From positions 1-33,019 of the forward strand of contig JBPCNJ010000081.1 of assembly GCA_051001375.1 (NCBI GenBank): DNA of 33,019 nt. The letters run 5' to 3'. This stretch comes from Gemmatimonadaceae bacterium (GTDB lineage: Bacteria > Gemmatimonadota > Gemmatimonadetes > Gemmatimonadales > Gemmatimonadaceae). The notes under the pieces were generated by a model. The model saw only the letters and a program-made list of their open reading frames with translations. It was not told where the DNA came from and ran no database searches. The number at the start of each line of letters is the position of its first letter. The first letter of the stretch is position 1. The translations under genes were made by a program, and so were the position numbers. Below are positions 10,313 through 20,017 of the stretch, in pieces.

Positions 10313-10343
10313 CGACCGCGCTGAACCCGTTGCCTCCGGCATT

Positions 10344-10382
10344 GTGATCGCGTGACCTCCGCGTCGTGATCTCCGCGCCGTG
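10344..10382 (+). repeat. Short direct repeat ending in the start codon (two full 14-nt units)
   Basis: GTGATCGC / GTGACCTCCGCGTC (10352-10365) / GTGATCTCCGCGCC (10366-10379) / GTG(AAG) start at 10380. Every unit begins with GTGA. Confidence 0.6.
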
Positions 10383-11156
10383 AAGCTCACCTTCCTCGGC
10401 ACGGGGACCAGCTTCGGTGTACCGCAGATTGGCTGCGGTTGCGCCGTGTGCAGGTCGCCCGACCCGCGCGACAAGCGCAGCCGCGTCGGCGCGCTGGTCG
10501 AGACGGACGGCGGCACGAGGCTGTTGATCGACACCCCGCCCGAGCTCCGGCTGCAGCTCATCACCAACGGCATCGATCGCGTGGACGCGCTCCTGTTTAC
10601 GCACGATCACGCCGACCACGCGCACGGACTGGACGACATCCGCGCGCTCACCAACCGCATGCGGGCGCCGCTCACAATGTACGGACCAGCCGAATCGCTC
10701 AAACGCCTCGCGACGCGATTTCCGTACATCTTCGACGAGAACATGCGGGTGCTTCCGGGCACAAGCAAACCGGAGGGACGCAGTCAGCCGCTCACGGCCG
10801 GCGAGACCATCCGGATCGGCGACGCCGACGTGACGCCCGTGGCTGTCCCGCATGGGCTTGTCACAGTTTTTGCGTACCGCATAAACGACCTCGCGTACGT
10901 CACGGACGCCAAGAATATCCCTCCGGAAGCGGTCGCGGTGCTCCGCGGTGCAAAGGTGCTGGTGATCAACGCGCTGTTTCGAACCGAGCATCCAAGTCAC
11001 CTGAGTCTTCCCGAAGCTATCAGCGCGGCACGGGAGATCGGCGCCGAACGCACGTACCTCACGCACCTCACGCACGACAATTTTCACGCGGACCTCGAAG
11101 CAGAGCTGCCGCGCGACATTCAGCCAGCCTTCGACGGACTCACGGTACGGTTATGA
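10380..11156 (+). CDS. MBL-fold metallo-hydrolase, PhnP/PqqB-like
   Basis: GTGTSFGVPQIGCGCAVC Cys cluster and HDHADHAHG metal motif. 258 aa. ATGA overlap with pgi. Confidence 0.75.
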   Translation: MKLTFLGTGTSFGVPQIGCGCAVCRSPDPRDKRSRVGALVETDGGTRLLIDTPPELRLQLITNGIDRVDALLFTHDHADHAHGLDDIRALTNRMRAPLTMYGPAESLKRLATRFPYIFDENMRVLPGTSKPEGRSQPLTAGETIRIGDADVTPVAVPHGLVTVFAYRINDLAYVTDAKNIPPEAVAVLRGAKVLVINALFRTEHPSHLSLPEAISAAREIGAERTYLTHLTHDNFHADLEAELPRDIQPAFDGLTVRL

Positions 11157-12538
11157 TCTCCATTGATTTCACCAACATGATGGCTGCCGCCGTTGCCAAC
11201 GGCATCACCGACGCGGAATGGGACGAAGCGTTCCAGAGTTTTGCGAGTGTGCATGACGCGGTGCGCCGGCTGCGAAGTAACGGCACCGCTGATTTTCTCA
11301 ACATCCCGCGCAACGCGCCACTACTGCAGCAGTCGGTAAATTTTGCGACCGGAGCGAGAGGCCGGTATTCCGACATCATCGTCCTCGGCATCGGTGGCTC
11401 AGCGCTGGGCCCCATCGCGCTCAAGACAGCGTTGTGCCCCACTGGATGGAACGAGCTCACGGCGGACGAGCGCAACGGCTTTCCGCGCATGCACGTGCTC
11501 GATAACATCGACCCCGTCACGATCATCTCGGTCCTCGGCCGCGTTGATCTCGCGCGCACTCTGTTCATAGTCACGTCCAAGTCGGGCGGCACCGCGGAAA
11601 CGATGTCGCAGTTTCTCATCGCGCACGAGCGGGTACGATCCGTCGGACTCGATGTTGCTGATCACTTCGTCTTCGTTACCGATCCGGCCAACGGTGCGCT
11701 GCGTCCGCTCGCGAAGGAGTTGAAGCTGCCCGCGCTCAACATTCCCCCAGGTGTTGGCGGCCGATACAGTGTCTTGACGCCGGTCGGAACGCTTCCAGCC
11801 GCGCTCCTCGGCATCGATGTCGCCGCGCTACTCACGGGAGCGGGAGAGATGATCGAGTGGTGTGATGCGGGCGAGCTGACCGGCAACCCGGCCGGTGTGT
11901 TCGCGTCACTGCTATATCTGAGCGATGTCAGGCACGGCCGTGTCATTGACGTGCTCATGCCTTATTCCGATCCGCTGCGCGACTTTGCCGACTGGTTCGT
12001 GCAACTGTGGGCCGAATCACTGGGTAAGCAGCGCGACGACGGCACCCACGTCGGTTCCACGCCGCTACCGGCGGTGGGAGCCACGGACCAACACAGCCAA
12101 GTGCAGCTGTTCATGGAAGGGCCGGCCAACAAGGTCGTTGCGTTCGTCGCCGTGGACGATCATGGCGCCGACATCACCATTCCGTCCGGCTTTGCGCATG
12201 TCACCGAGCTGGGTTACCTCGGCGGCCACACCCTGGGCGAGCTGATCAGCATCGAGCAGCGTGCAACAGCGGGCGCACTGGCGCAGCGCGGCCGGGCCAA
12301 TCTCACGGTGCACGTGGACAGAGTGGACGCGTGGCATGTAGGCGCGCTCATGGCGCTGCTGGAAATTGCCACCGCCTACGCGGGGCAGATGTACGGGATC
12401 AATGCCTTTAATCAGCCGGGCGTGGAACTGGGCAAGCAGTTCGCCTACGCGCTGCTCGGCCGCCCGGGTGCCGAAGCCGCGCGTGCGCAGTGGGACGCCC
12501 TGCCGCAGCCCGATCCGCGTCGGTCCGTGTCGCGCTAG
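11153..12538 (+). CDS. pgi: Glucose-6-phosphate isomerase
   Basis: LGIGGSALGP, VTSKSGGTAET and GVGGRYSVLTPVG motifs. Start trimmed from ORF 10439 to in-frame ATG 11153. The extension is Arg/Pro-rich and overlaps the MBL gene. Confidence 0.9.
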   Translation: MISIDFTNMMAAAVANGITDAEWDEAFQSFASVHDAVRRLRSNGTADFLNIPRNAPLLQQSVNFATGARGRYSDIIVLGIGGSALGPIALKTALCPTGWNELTADERNGFPRMHVLDNIDPVTIISVLGRVDLARTLFIVTSKSGGTAETMSQFLIAHERVRSVGLDVADHFVFVTDPANGALRPLAKELKLPALNIPPGVGGRYSVLTPVGTLPAALLGIDVAALLTGAGEMIEWCDAGELTGNPAGVFASLLYLSDVRHGRVIDVLMPYSDPLRDFADWFVQLWAESLGKQRDDGTHVGSTPLPAVGATDQHSQVQLFMEGPANKVVAFVAVDDHGADITIPSGFAHVTELGYLGGHTLGELISIEQRATAGALAQRGRANLTVHVDRVDAWHVGALMALLEIATAYAGQMYGINAFNQPGVELGKQFAYALLGRPGAEAARAQWDALPQPDPRRSVSR

Positions 12539-12541
12539 ATT

Positions 12542-13960
12542 GTGCAGATGATGAACACAGACACCGAACACCTGTTCGATGGCGCCGTTGTCGTCCAGGA
12601 TGGCAAGGTCACCGTGCCGGACGCATCTCGCGTCGTCGTACACATCGACGCACTCGTGCGCAAGGCGGTCTTCGGAACGGACGAGGAGCGCGACGACGCG
12701 CGATGGCTGATCTGGGAAATCGCGCAGAGTGTAGGCATTCGTCCGGCCTCGATCCACGATCTGTACGTCGCGCGCGGTAAAGGAGCTTACAAGGACGTGA
12801 CGGTTCCCGCGATCAACGTGCGCGGGATGGCTTACGATACCGCGCGCGCTGTGATCCGGACGGCCAACAAACTAAATGCCGGCGCATTTGTCCTGGAGAT
12901 CGCCCGCTCCGAAATCGCCTACACCGATCAGCGGCCCGCTGAATACGCGACGGTGATGCTCGCGGCCGCGATTCGCGAAGGATTTCGTGGCCCCCTCTTT
13001 ATTCAGGGCGATCACTTCCAGATAAGCGGTAAAAAGTTCGCCACCAATCCGGAGCAGGAGGCAGGCGCGGTGAAGCAGCTCGCGCGCGAAGCCGTCGCGG
13101 CCGGCTTCTACAACATCGACATCGATACATCAACGCTCGTTGATCTATCCCAGCCGGTGCTCGAGGCACAGCAACGGGTCAACGTGGAGCAGTGCGCGGA
13201 CATCGCTCGCTTCATTCGCGACCTCCAGCCTGCAGGCATCATCATCTCACTCGGCGGCGAGATCGGCGAAGTGGGGACCGAGAACAGCACCCCCGAAGAG
13301 CTGCGTGCGTACATGGACGGGTTCAACAGTCTGTTCCAGCGCACGTCGCCGGGAACAGACGGGCTGTCCAAGGTAAGCGTGCAATCGGGAACGTCGCACG
13401 GTGGGATCGTGCTTCCCGATGGGTCGATCAAGGACGTAAAGATTGATTTCAACACGTTGGAAAAGCTGTCTGAGATCGCGCGTGACGAGTACGGTCTGGC
13501 GGGCGCGGTTCAGCATGGCGCGTCAACCCTGCCGGACGAGCTGTTCCACAAGTTCCCGCCCACCGGAACGTGCGAGATCCATCTGGCCACCAACTTCCAG
13601 AACATGCTGTACGATCACATGCCCGACGCGCTGCGGCAGGAAATCTACGCATGGCTGGACGAGAACGAAAAGGGCGAGCGCAAGCCGACGGACACGGACG
13701 AGCAGTTCTACTACAAGACGCGGAAAAAGGCGCTCGGTCCGTTCAAGCAAAAAATGTGGGATATGCCGGACGACGTGAAGGCCAAGCTGGCGCGCACGTA
13801 CGACGACAAATTCGAATTCCTGTTCAAGCAGTTGAACATCGGCGATACCAAGGACCTCGTGGCCAGATACGTCAACGCCAGGGAGTTCCACCGGCCGATG
13901 CCGCACCCCGACCTTGCGGTTGTCGAGGCGGCGCCGGACGACGCCGACCTCAGCGACTGA
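12542..13960 (+). CDS. Class II (metal-dependent) ketose/fructose-bisphosphate aldolase family protein, long form
   Basis: Class II aldolase landmarks: VPAINV, IQGDHF (metal His), LGGEIGEVG, QSGTSHGG, VQHGASTLP. At 472 aa it is longer than classical FbaA. Substrate not assignable from sequence alone. Confidence 0.7.
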   Translation: MQMMNTDTEHLFDGAVVVQDGKVTVPDASRVVVHIDALVRKAVFGTDEERDDARWLIWEIAQSVGIRPASIHDLYVARGKGAYKDVTVPAINVRGMAYDTARAVIRTANKLNAGAFVLEIARSEIAYTDQRPAEYATVMLAAAIREGFRGPLFIQGDHFQISGKKFATNPEQEAGAVKQLAREAVAAGFYNIDIDTSTLVDLSQPVLEAQQRVNVEQCADIARFIRDLQPAGIIISLGGEIGEVGTENSTPEELRAYMDGFNSLFQRTSPGTDGLSKVSVQSGTSHGGIVLPDGSIKDVKIDFNTLEKLSEIARDEYGLAGAVQHGASTLPDELFHKFPPTGTCEIHLATNFQNMLYDHMPDALRQEIYAWLDENEKGERKPTDTDEQFYYKTRKKALGPFKQKMWDMPDDVKAKLARTYDDKFEFLFKQLNIGDTKDLVARYVNAREFHRPMPHPDLAVVEAAPDDADLSD

Positions 13961-13966
13961 GCTATT

Positions 13967-14251
13967 GTGCCTCAACGGGGCGGCCACGGCGCTAACGATC
14001 TGAAGCATCTTGCGCACGACCTGCGCAATGCGCTCAACGGCGTGTCCGTGAATCTGGAGGTGGCTCGCTCCCGTGCGGCTCGCGGGAGCGACGTGTCGCA
14101 GATCGCGCCATTTCTGGAGACAGCGGCCCAGCAGTTGGACGCCGCCGCGCGGCTGTACAAGCACTTCGCCGATGTCGCAACGCAGCTCGCCAGCCAGCTG
14201 GAGAGCTTGGAGAGCAAGGTGACCAGCAGCGACACAGCCGGTCACCGGTGA
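13967..14251 (+). CDS. Stand-alone histidine-kinase DHp (HisKA H-box) domain protein with no ATPase domain
   Basis: 94 aa. NtrB-like H-box LKHLAHDLRNALNGV, then a second amphipathic helix (QQLDAAARLYKHFADVATQLASQLESLESKV). No room for a CA domain before the next gene. GTG start lies 6 nt after the aldolase stop. Confidence 0.6.
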   Translation: MPQRGGHGANDLKHLAHDLRNALNGVSVNLEVARSRAARGSDVSQIAPFLETAAQQLDAAARLYKHFADVATQLASQLESLESKVTSSDTAGHR

Positions 14252-14302
14252 TTATTTGACTCTCGGGATGGCACGGGAGCCGATCGAGACCATATTTCAA
14301 GC

Positions 14303-15688
<1,386 letters not shown>

Positions 15689-15690
15689 CC

Positions 15691-16101
15691 ATGCGTGACT
15701 ATGATTTTGATGGTGAGCCGTTCGTCGTCATCGAGCGACAGGACTCCGGCATCGGCAACTTTCTGCTCGGCGTCACCCTCGGAGTGGGCGCCGCGTTGCT
15801 CTTTGCGCCGCGTGCTGGCTCCGATACTCGTCGCCTCATCGCCGACCGGGCGCGCGAGGCGGGAGATACGGTCATGGATACGGTTAACGAGGTGACCGAC
15901 CGAGTCGCGGCCGATGCCGCCGACGTGCGTGATCGTGTAACCGACAGGGTAGACTCGGCCCGCGACGCAGTGCGCCGAGGACAGGATCAGGTGCTCGACG
16001 CTATCGACGCCGGTCGCGCTGCTGCGGCGGAGGCGCGCTCCGAGCTGGAGCGAAAGATCGCGGAGAACAAGGCGAACCGGCGAGAAGTCGGGAGCGCGTA
16101 A
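15691..16101 (+). CDS. YtxH-domain protein
   Basis: GIGNFLLGVTLGVGAALLFAPRAGSDTRRLI YtxH signature, followed by an Asp/Arg/Ala-rich helical region. Starts 2 nt after the regulator stop. Confidence 0.7.
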   Translation: MRDYDFDGEPFVVIERQDSGIGNFLLGVTLGVGAALLFAPRAGSDTRRLIADRAREAGDTVMDTVNEVTDRVAADAADVRDRVTDRVDSARDAVRRGQDQVLDAIDAGRAAAAEARSELERKIAENKANRREVGSA

Positions 16102-16122
16102 CCGCACGTAAACAATCGCCGG

Positions 16123-17034
16123 ATGGCGCAGGCGCGCCCGTGGCACCCGCGGATCTGGGCTGGGCTGAAGGACTACGCCCGCCGCGTGTGGGACAATAGT
16201 GGCGAGGACGACATCTTCTTCCTCGCCAGCGGGATATCGTTCAACATCCTGCTCGCGATCGTCCCGTTCCTGCTGCTCTTCGCAACGTCGCTCACCTACC
16301 TCCTAAACCAGTCCACGGAGGTAGCGACCGATCGCGTAGTCGATCTGATGAACCAGTTTCTCCCCCCAAATCCGGACGGGAGCACCGGCGGCTCAACGCA
16401 GCTTGTATCGGACATAATAAAGTCGCGCGGCGCGGTCGGACTGTACTCGGCCGTTGGCTTCGTCTGGTTCTCAACGCGCCTGTTCGGATCGCTCAGGTCG
16501 GTACTGGCGGAGATCTTCGACATCGAGATCGACCGCGGCATCGTTGATGGCAAGCTGTACGACGTCAAGATCACCGTGGTATCCACTGTCGTGTTCGTGG
16601 TCTATACGGCTCTGTCGGCGTACCTGGCTATCGCGTCGACGCGTGGGGTAGCCGTGTTCGCGGCGATCGGAATCAGGCAGGACGTCATGGGCACGCTGGA
16701 GTACACCCTGGGCCGCGTGGTCGCATTCATGTTTATCGCCGCGCTCTTCTTTGGGCTGTACAAGTTTCTGCCGTACAAGAAGATGCGATGGCAAACGGCG
16801 CTCGTCGCATGCACCTTCACGGGCTTGATGTTCGAGATCGCGAAATCGCTCTTCGCCATATACGTTCGCTCGTTCCAGCCCGGGTCGCTGTACACCGGGA
16901 CCGTAGCGGCGCTCGTGATCACCATATTATGGGTATATTATGCCGCCGTGGTGTTCATCCTCGGAGGCGAGGTGGCGCAGGTGTACGAGTTGAGGCACAT
17001 GCGTCGCCGCCAGCACGAGGCCTTTGAAGAATGA
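16123..17034 (+). CDS. YihY/BrkB-family inner membrane protein
   Basis: 303 aa with about 6 TM segments. LASGISFNILLAIVPFLLL and the C-terminal LWVYYAAVVFILGGEV are typical of YihY. Confidence 0.8.
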   Translation: MAQARPWHPRIWAGLKDYARRVWDNSGEDDIFFLASGISFNILLAIVPFLLLFATSLTYLLNQSTEVATDRVVDLMNQFLPPNPDGSTGGSTQLVSDIIKSRGAVGLYSAVGFVWFSTRLFGSLRSVLAEIFDIEIDRGIVDGKLYDVKITVVSTVVFVVYTALSAYLAIASTRGVAVFAAIGIRQDVMGTLEYTLGRVVAFMFIAALFFGLYKFLPYKKMRWQTALVACTFTGLMFEIAKSLFAIYVRSFQPGSLYTGTVAALVITILWVYYAAVVFILGGEVAQVYELRHMRRRQHEAFEE

Positions 17035-17081
17035 GCATACACGGTGCCTCAACGACCGTTCAGTGCTTTGTACCCGCCGGA

Positions 17082-17097
17082 TGGCGTCTTTCTTGCC
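17082..17097 (+). promoter_or_regulatory. Candidate sigma-54 (-24/-12) promoter
   Basis: TGGCGT-CTTTC-TTGCC, against consensus TGGCAC-N5-TTGCW. The invariant GG (17083-84) and GC (17095-96) have the exact 12-nt register. About 50 nt upstream of ATG 17147 and in intergenic DNA. Confidence 0.45.
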
Positions 17098-17146
17098 CAT
17101 CCAGCCACCAACGTAGCGTCCGCTACTCAAATTTACGGAGTTCACA

Positions 17147-17386
17147 ATGAACAAAATGTTTGCCGCCGCAGCAGTGATCGTGGCCGTTTCGGCTACTGCC
17201 TGCAAGAAGACGGGTGAAGGCGAGTACACGGTCGAGAAGCCGGTCGTCGGTACCGTCACGGATACCGTTCACACACCTGTAGTCGAGACCTCCATGGATT
17301 CCACCAAGGTCGCCGTGCCCAAGGTCCAGGTTGTCCAGGACTCCGCCACTATCAAGACTCCCCATATCACCGTAAAGCGGCCGTAG
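17147..17386 (+). CDS. Small secreted lipoprotein (79 aa)
   Basis: Signal peptide plus lipobox MNKMFAAAAVIVAVSATA|C. GGAG lies 6 nt before the ATG. A terminator hairpin follows. Confidence 0.65.
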   Translation: MNKMFAAAAVIVAVSATACKKTGEGEYTVEKPVVGTVTDTVHTPVVETSMDSTKVAVPKVQVVQDSATIKTPHITVKRP

Positions 17387-17397
17387 GGCCGCCGTAG

Positions 17398-17430
17398 GGC
17401 GCGGCCCCTACCGCGCCTTACTATATTTAT
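17398..17430 (+). terminator. Intrinsic terminator candidate
   Basis: GGCGCGG (17398-17404) / CCGCGCC (17411-17417) stem with a 6-nt loop, followed by TTACTATATTTAT. An alternative stem is GTAGGG / CCCTAC (17394-17411). A direct repeat CCGTAGGGC x2 lies just upstream. Confidence 0.55.
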
Positions 17431-17435
17431 ACATT

Positions 17436-17529
17436 CCAGGGATTCTCGGGGGGCGCGAGCCTGCTAATCCCGTCAGGACCCCGAAGGTAGCAGCGGCATG
17501 TGGTGTCTTGCGTCGCCCCGATCCCCTGG
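17436..17529 (+). ncRNA. ffs: Signal recognition particle RNA (small, 4.5S type)
   Basis: Domain IV signature GUCAGGACC-CCGAA-GGUAGCAGCGG, compared with E. coli GUCAGGUCC-GGAA-GGAAGCAGCC. It sits at the apex of a long hairpin: CCAGGG/CCCUGG, GGGG/CCCC, CGCGAG/CUUGCG, CCG/CGG. Located directly upstream of dnaX-ybaB-recR, a known conserved synteny. Ends are approximate (+/-5 nt). Confidence 0.8.
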
Positions 17530-17597
17530 ATTTCCGCCCTCCAACCTTGCCTTCGCGAGGGCCACGGAGGGTCGGCCGCCGCCCGTATCCACGTTTC

Positions 17598-19082
17598 ATG
17601 GCCCTCGCGCTAGCCCGCAAATATCGCCCGCGCTCTTTCGGTGAAGTGGCCGTTCAGAGCCACGTTTCCAACACCCTCAAAGGCGCCATAGCCCGTGATC
17701 GCGTGGCGCACGGCTACCTGTTCTGCGGCCCACGTGGAACCGGCAAGACCACTCTCGCGCGAGTGCTCGCCATGGCGCTCAACTGCGAGGCCAAGACTCC
17801 CGACGGCGAGCCGTGCGGCAGATGCTCCAGCTGTCAGCGGATATGGAGCGGATCGTCCAGCCTCGACGTAGTAGAGATCGACGCTGCCTCCAATCGCGGC
17901 GTTGACGACGCGCGCGACCTCAGAGAGCGTGCCATGTACGCGCCCTCCGGCGATGACCGGTACAAGGTCTACATCGTTGACGAAGCGCACATGCTCACGC
18001 GTGAGGCGTGGAACGCGCTGCTCAAAGTTCTGGAAGAGCCCCCTCCGCGAGTCGTCTTTGTCTTTGCCACGACAGAGCCGCAAAAGATCGCGCAGACCGC
18101 CGCCCCCGTTCTCAGCCGGCTGCAACGCTTCGATCTCAAGCGCATCGGCGCGAGTGATATCATTGCCCGTCTGGACGACATCCTCGCGCGCGAGGACGTC
18201 GTCTCGGAGCCGGACGCGCTGAGCATGATCGCCCGTGCGGCTGATGGCTCCATGCGTGACGCGCTTTCGCTCACCGACCAGGTGATCTCGCTCGGCGAGG
18301 GCCGCGTCTCGTCCGATGCGGTTCGCACCGCGCTCGGCCTGGTGCCCGAGGACGAGTATATGCAGGTGCTCGACATCTTGGTGGAAGGCCGAGCGGGCGA
18401 TGTTTTTCCCGCGGTACAACGCCTGGCGGACGAGGGGATTGACTTCGCGGGATTCCTCGCTGGCTTTGCGGATATTCTGCGAGCGCAGTTGACCGTGCTG
18501 CTCGGCGGGACGGCAACCAACATCTCCGCCGCAGCCGTCGAGCGCTTGCGCGCGAATGCATCGCGTCTCGCTCCGGGTGACGTGCTGCGCATGCTCAACG
18601 CGCTGAGCGATCTGGAGCCGCGCTTCCGCAAGAGCGGCCAACAGCAGCTACTCGTGGAGCTACTGCTCGTTCGCTTCGCGTTGCTCGATCGCACGCTCTC
18701 GCTCGAAGACGTGCTCCGCGGAATCGGCAATGCTCCCTCGCAGGACGGTCAGGATCGCGCGACGCGCACATTAACGCCGGCACCATCTCCGGCTTCATTT
18801 CCGTCGTCGACTCCGGTCCCAAGCGACGGCGGTGACTGGCGCGCCGCCCTCGCCGACGCGCAGCAGGGGCAGGAGCCGGCGCCGCAGTCAGCCAAAACGC
18901 GTGCGCGCTCTACGGCAACGCCCATGTCCGCAATGCGCTCAGCCATGGAAGCAACCGCACAGGCCGCGCCCACTCGGTTGAGCGATGAGGAGATGCGCGC
19001 TGAGCGCGCCAATACACTGCGATCAAAGGACCCTGTTCTGGGCGCGGCTATTGATGCGCTCGACCTCGAATTGCTGGACTAA
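17598..19082 (+). CDS. dnaX: DNA polymerase III subunit gamma/tau
   Basis: LARKYRPRSFGEV, GPRGTGKTT, CxxC Zn module (CGRCSSCQ), YIVDEAHML, FATTEP. Start trimmed from 17508 to in-frame ATG 17598 because the extension runs through the SRP RNA. Confidence 0.9.
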   Translation: MALALARKYRPRSFGEVAVQSHVSNTLKGAIARDRVAHGYLFCGPRGTGKTTLARVLAMALNCEAKTPDGEPCGRCSSCQRIWSGSSSLDVVEIDAASNRGVDDARDLRERAMYAPSGDDRYKVYIVDEAHMLTREAWNALLKVLEEPPPRVVFVFATTEPQKIAQTAAPVLSRLQRFDLKRIGASDIIARLDDILAREDVVSEPDALSMIARAADGSMRDALSLTDQVISLGEGRVSSDAVRTALGLVPEDEYMQVLDILVEGRAGDVFPAVQRLADEGIDFAGFLAGFADILRAQLTVLLGGTATNISAAAVERLRANASRLAPGDVLRMLNALSDLEPRFRKSGQQQLLVELLLVRFALLDRTLSLEDVLRGIGNAPSQDGQDRATRTLTPAPSPASFPSSTPVPSDGGDWRAALADAQQGQEPAPQSAKTRARSTATPMSAMRSAMEATAQAAPTRLSDEEMRAERANTLRSKDPVLGAAIDALDLELLD

Positions 19083-19098
19083 CCCGGTAGATTTGGAT

Positions 19099-19416
19099 AT
19101 GGCTGACTTCATGAAGCTCATGCAGCAAGCGCAGCAGATGCAGAGCCGCCTGCAGCAGATTCAGGACGATCTCGAGAAGCAGTCCGTCTCGGCGACCGCG
19201 GGTGGCGGCATGGTCACTGTCGCGGCAGACGGCAAGGGACAGGTTACAGAAATCAAGATCGATCCGAGCGTCGTGAATGCGGCCGACGTGGAGATGCTGG
19301 AAGATCTGGTACTCATCGCTGTTCGCGACGCGCAGAAGAAAGCTGCCGAGCTCGCCAAGACCGAGATGGCCAAGCTCACCGGCGGGATTGACCTTCCGTT
19401 CAAGCTTCCCATCTGA
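19099..19416 (+). CDS. ybaB: YbaB/EbfC nucleoid-associated protein
   Basis: MADFMKLMQQAQQMQSRLQQIQDDL...GGGMVTV...G is typical of YbaB. In-frame ATG 19099 within ORF 18985. Classical dnaX-ybaB-recR order. Confidence 0.88.
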   Translation: MADFMKLMQQAQQMQSRLQQIQDDLEKQSVSATAGGGMVTVAADGKGQVTEIKIDPSVVNAADVEMLEDLVLIAVRDAQKKAAELAKTEMAKLTGGIDLPFKLPI

Positions 19417-20007
19417 GTGTCAGCCATCGATGAACTGGCCACGGAGCTGTCCAAGCTCCCTGGCATTGGTAGAAAAACCGCGCTTCGCCTCACATACCAT
19501 CTCCTGAAGCAGTCGCCGGCCCAGAGTCGCAGGCTCGCCGAAGCGCTCGTCACGATCTCCGAGCGCATTCATCCGTGCGCGCAGTGTCACAACCTGACGG
19601 AGGCCGAACTGTGCCACATTTGCGCCGACCCGAGGCGCGACCGAGCGATGATTTGCGCGGTTGAGGAATCCTCAGACATCGGCGCGATCGAGCGCGCGGG
19701 GGAGTTTAGGGGCACCTATCACGTGCTCGGCGGAAGACTGTCGCCACTGGACGGAATCGGCCCCGAGGATCTGAACGTCACCGATCTGGAAACGCGAGTC
19801 GCGGCCGGCGACGTGCGCGAGGTCATTCTTGCTACTAATCCAAGCATTGAGGGCGAGGCGACCGCGTTGTACCTGCAACGGCGTCTGGCTGGTTATCCGC
19901 TCACCGTCACGCGCATCGCCCGCGGGCTACCAGTGGGCGGCGATCTGGAGTACGCCGATGGCGTTACCATCGCGCAGGCGCTGTCGGCCAGACGGGTGAT
20001 GCCGTGA
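19417..20007 (+). CDS. recR: Recombination protein RecR
   Basis: LPGIGRKTALRL helix-hairpin-helix, C4 zinc finger CAQCHNL...CHIC, and Toprim region ICAVEESSDIGAIE. Confidence 0.92.
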   Translation: MSAIDELATELSKLPGIGRKTALRLTYHLLKQSPAQSRRLAEALVTISERIHPCAQCHNLTEAELCHICADPRRDRAMICAVEESSDIGAIERAGEFRGTYHVLGGRLSPLDGIGPEDLNVTDLETRVAAGDVREVILATNPSIEGEATALYLQRRLAGYPLTVTRIARGLPVGGDLEYADGVTIAQALSARRVMP

Positions 20008-20017
20008 GCGGCAGAGT

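Noticed and set aside
10439-11152. Long 5' extensions in the ORF track for pgi (10439), tal (7554), GT2 (6254), dnaX (17508), ybaB (18985) and the cysteine desulfurase (up to 29566).
   Set aside because: The extensions are low-complexity Arg/Pro/Ser-rich and overlap the upstream gene (or the SRP RNA) in another frame. The conserved protein begins at an internal in-frame start that abuts or overlaps the upstream stop.
14268-14285. TGGCACGGGAGCCGA upstream of the sigma-54 regulator gene, plus TGGCAC strings at 16141, 22131 and 24978.
   Set aside because: The -12 TTGC element is missing at the required spacing, or the site lies inside coding sequence (YihY, pgsA, dnaJ). These are not credible sigma-54 promoters.
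17598-19082. Looked for a dnaX programmed frameshift or transcriptional slippage site (A-rich heptamer such as A AAA AAG, or an A-run) that would produce a gamma subunit.
   Set aside because: There is no A-run longer than 4 inside dnaX and no obvious slippery heptamer, so no claim is made.
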